Source: Candidatus Omnitrophota bacterium (GTDB lineage: Bacteria > Omnitrophota > Gorgyraeia > Gygaellales > Profunditerraquicolaceae). From it: DNA of 51,998 nt. The DNA lies in NCBI GenBank assembly GCA_043798795.1, contig JAZDOJ010000033.1, forward strand, positions 1 through 51,998, written 5' to 3'. Each line of letters opens with the position of its first letter. The stretch's first letter is position 1. This document shows, one piece after another, positions 51,063 to 51,998 of this stretch. Under the pieces are notes generated by a model that worked only from the letters and a program-made list of their open reading frames with translations, was not told the origin of the DNA and ran no database searches. The position numbers and the translations under genes are program-made.

Positions 51063-51515
51063 ATGGAAAACTATTGGGATATAAATAAAATTCAGGAGAT
51101 CCTTCCCCAGAAATACCCTTTTCTGTTCGTGGATTCCGTGCTTGAGCTTGACCCGAAGGCCAAAAAAGCCGTCTGCCTTAAGAACGTAACCATTAACGAT
51201 TATTTTTTTGAAGGCCATTTTCCCGGCAACCCCATCATGCCGGGAGTGCTGATTATTGAGGCGATGGCGCAAGCCAGCATCTTGCTTTATGCGGCCCTGA
51301 AACCAAAGGTCGCTTCAAAACGGCCGGACTTTTATCTGGGGAAAGTGGAGGCCAGATTCAAAAAACCCGTAACGGCCGGAGACCAGCTGATCATAGAAGT
51401 TTACGGAGAAAAATTGATGGATAAGGGCGGGGTGGTCAAGGCCGTGGCCAAGGTCAATGAGCAGGTTGTCACGGAAGCTGAAATCCTTTTCGGGATTAAG
51501 CCAAGAGATGAATAA
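51063..51515 (+). CDS. fabZ: 3-hydroxyacyl-ACP dehydratase FabZ family
   Basis: LPQKYPFLFVD, FEGHFPGNPIMPGVLIIEAMAQ (catalytic His/Glu). Confidence 0.92.
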   Translation: MENYWDINKIQEILPQKYPFLFVDSVLELDPKAKKAVCLKNVTINDYFFEGHFPGNPIMPGVLIIEAMAQASILLYAALKPKVASKRPDFYLGKVEARFKKPVTAGDQLIIEVYGEKLMDKGGVVKAVAKVNEQVVTEAEILFGIKPRDE

Positions 51516-51998
51516 AAAAGTAGTTGTTTCAGGTTTAGGGATTGTTTCTTCTGTCGGGATCGGAAAAGAGGCCTTCTGGAATAATCTGATAAAGGGGCAA
51601 TCCGGCACAGGTAAAATAGACCTGTTCGATACCTCCAAGTTTAACCGTCATATCGGCGGACAGATAAAAGATTTTAATGCCGCCAAATTCATGCCCGAAG
51701 AGATGGTGAAGTTTATGGGCCGGGCATCCTGTTTTGCCATAGCCGCCACAAAATTAGCTCTCGAGGACGCTCAGATTTCCCTGGAGGATCACAAGGATAA
51801 AAAAATCGGGATTTTTATCGGTACGACCATGGCCGAGGCAAGTGTCCTGGATATGTCCGTGGAGCTATTTTTGAAAGAAGACTGGAATGATATCACCAGC
51901 AAGCTGCTCCTGAACGCTTTTTCGCCGTCCATCCCACGAAATATCGGTTACTTTTTCCAGATCAAGGGACCGGAAAATGTCCTGATTCCTAATGCCTG
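51508..51998 (+). CDS. Beta-ketoacyl-ACP synthase (FabF-like), truncated by the window end
   Basis: Hand translation MNKKVVVSGLGIVSSVGIGKEAFWNNL...GQIKDF...IGTTM...IKGPENVLIPNA, then partial codon TG (would be catalytic Cys if TGY). Confidence 0.88.
   Translation, partial: MNKKVVVSGLGIVSSVGIGKEAFWNNLIKGQSGTGKIDLFDTSKFNRHIGGQIKDFNAAKFMPEEMVKFMGRASCFAIAATKLALEDAQISLEDHKDKKIGIFIGTTMAEASVLDMSVELFLKEDWNDITSKLLLNAFSPSIPRNIGYFFQIKGPENVLIPNA

Noticed and set aside
628-51638. Many minus-strand and alternative-frame ORFs in the track (e.g. 628-1500, 14573-15106, 30391-30969)
   Set aside because: They lie wholly over conserved + strand genes and show no recognisable motifs, so they are treated as shadow ORFs.

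Overview
A 52-kb chromosomal window in which every supportable gene lies on the + strand. Positions 1-30.7 kb hold one continuous translation/transcription supercluster: tRNA-Thr, rpmG, tRNA-Trp, secE-nusG-rplKAJL-rpoBC, then the str, S10, spc and alpha operons. rpmD and a second tuf copy are absent. It runs straight into a metabolic block (aspC, a LeuC-type large subunit, pilT, a LeuD-type small subunit, icd, mdh, lpdA, a UbiA-family membrane protein, lipB, a stand-alone lipoyl domain). Next is an accessory cluster (four SAM methyltransferases, one methyltransferase remnant, an SGNH protein, a B12 radical SAM enzyme), and finally the start of a specialised type II fatty acid/polyketide operon (Xis/BldC-like HTH, a degenerate acyl-ACP-reductase-like protein, a chain-length-factor-like ketosynthase, FabG, ACP, FabZ, a truncated FabF). 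The non-canonical EF-Tu switch I suggests a PVC-superphylum organism, plausibly Ca. Omnitrophota (inference). The most striking unexplained structure is non-coding. A ~105-bp double-hairpin element with compensatory substitutions occurs three times and ends at or 2 nt before the start codons of rpsG, rpsJ and rplC. In two copies it separates the Shine-Dalgarno sequence from the ATG by ~110 nt. Related tandem-GA palindromes overlap the rpmG and rpsJ stop codons, and separate heptamer/octamer repeat elements occur in other spacers. All calls are by eye, with no database searches.
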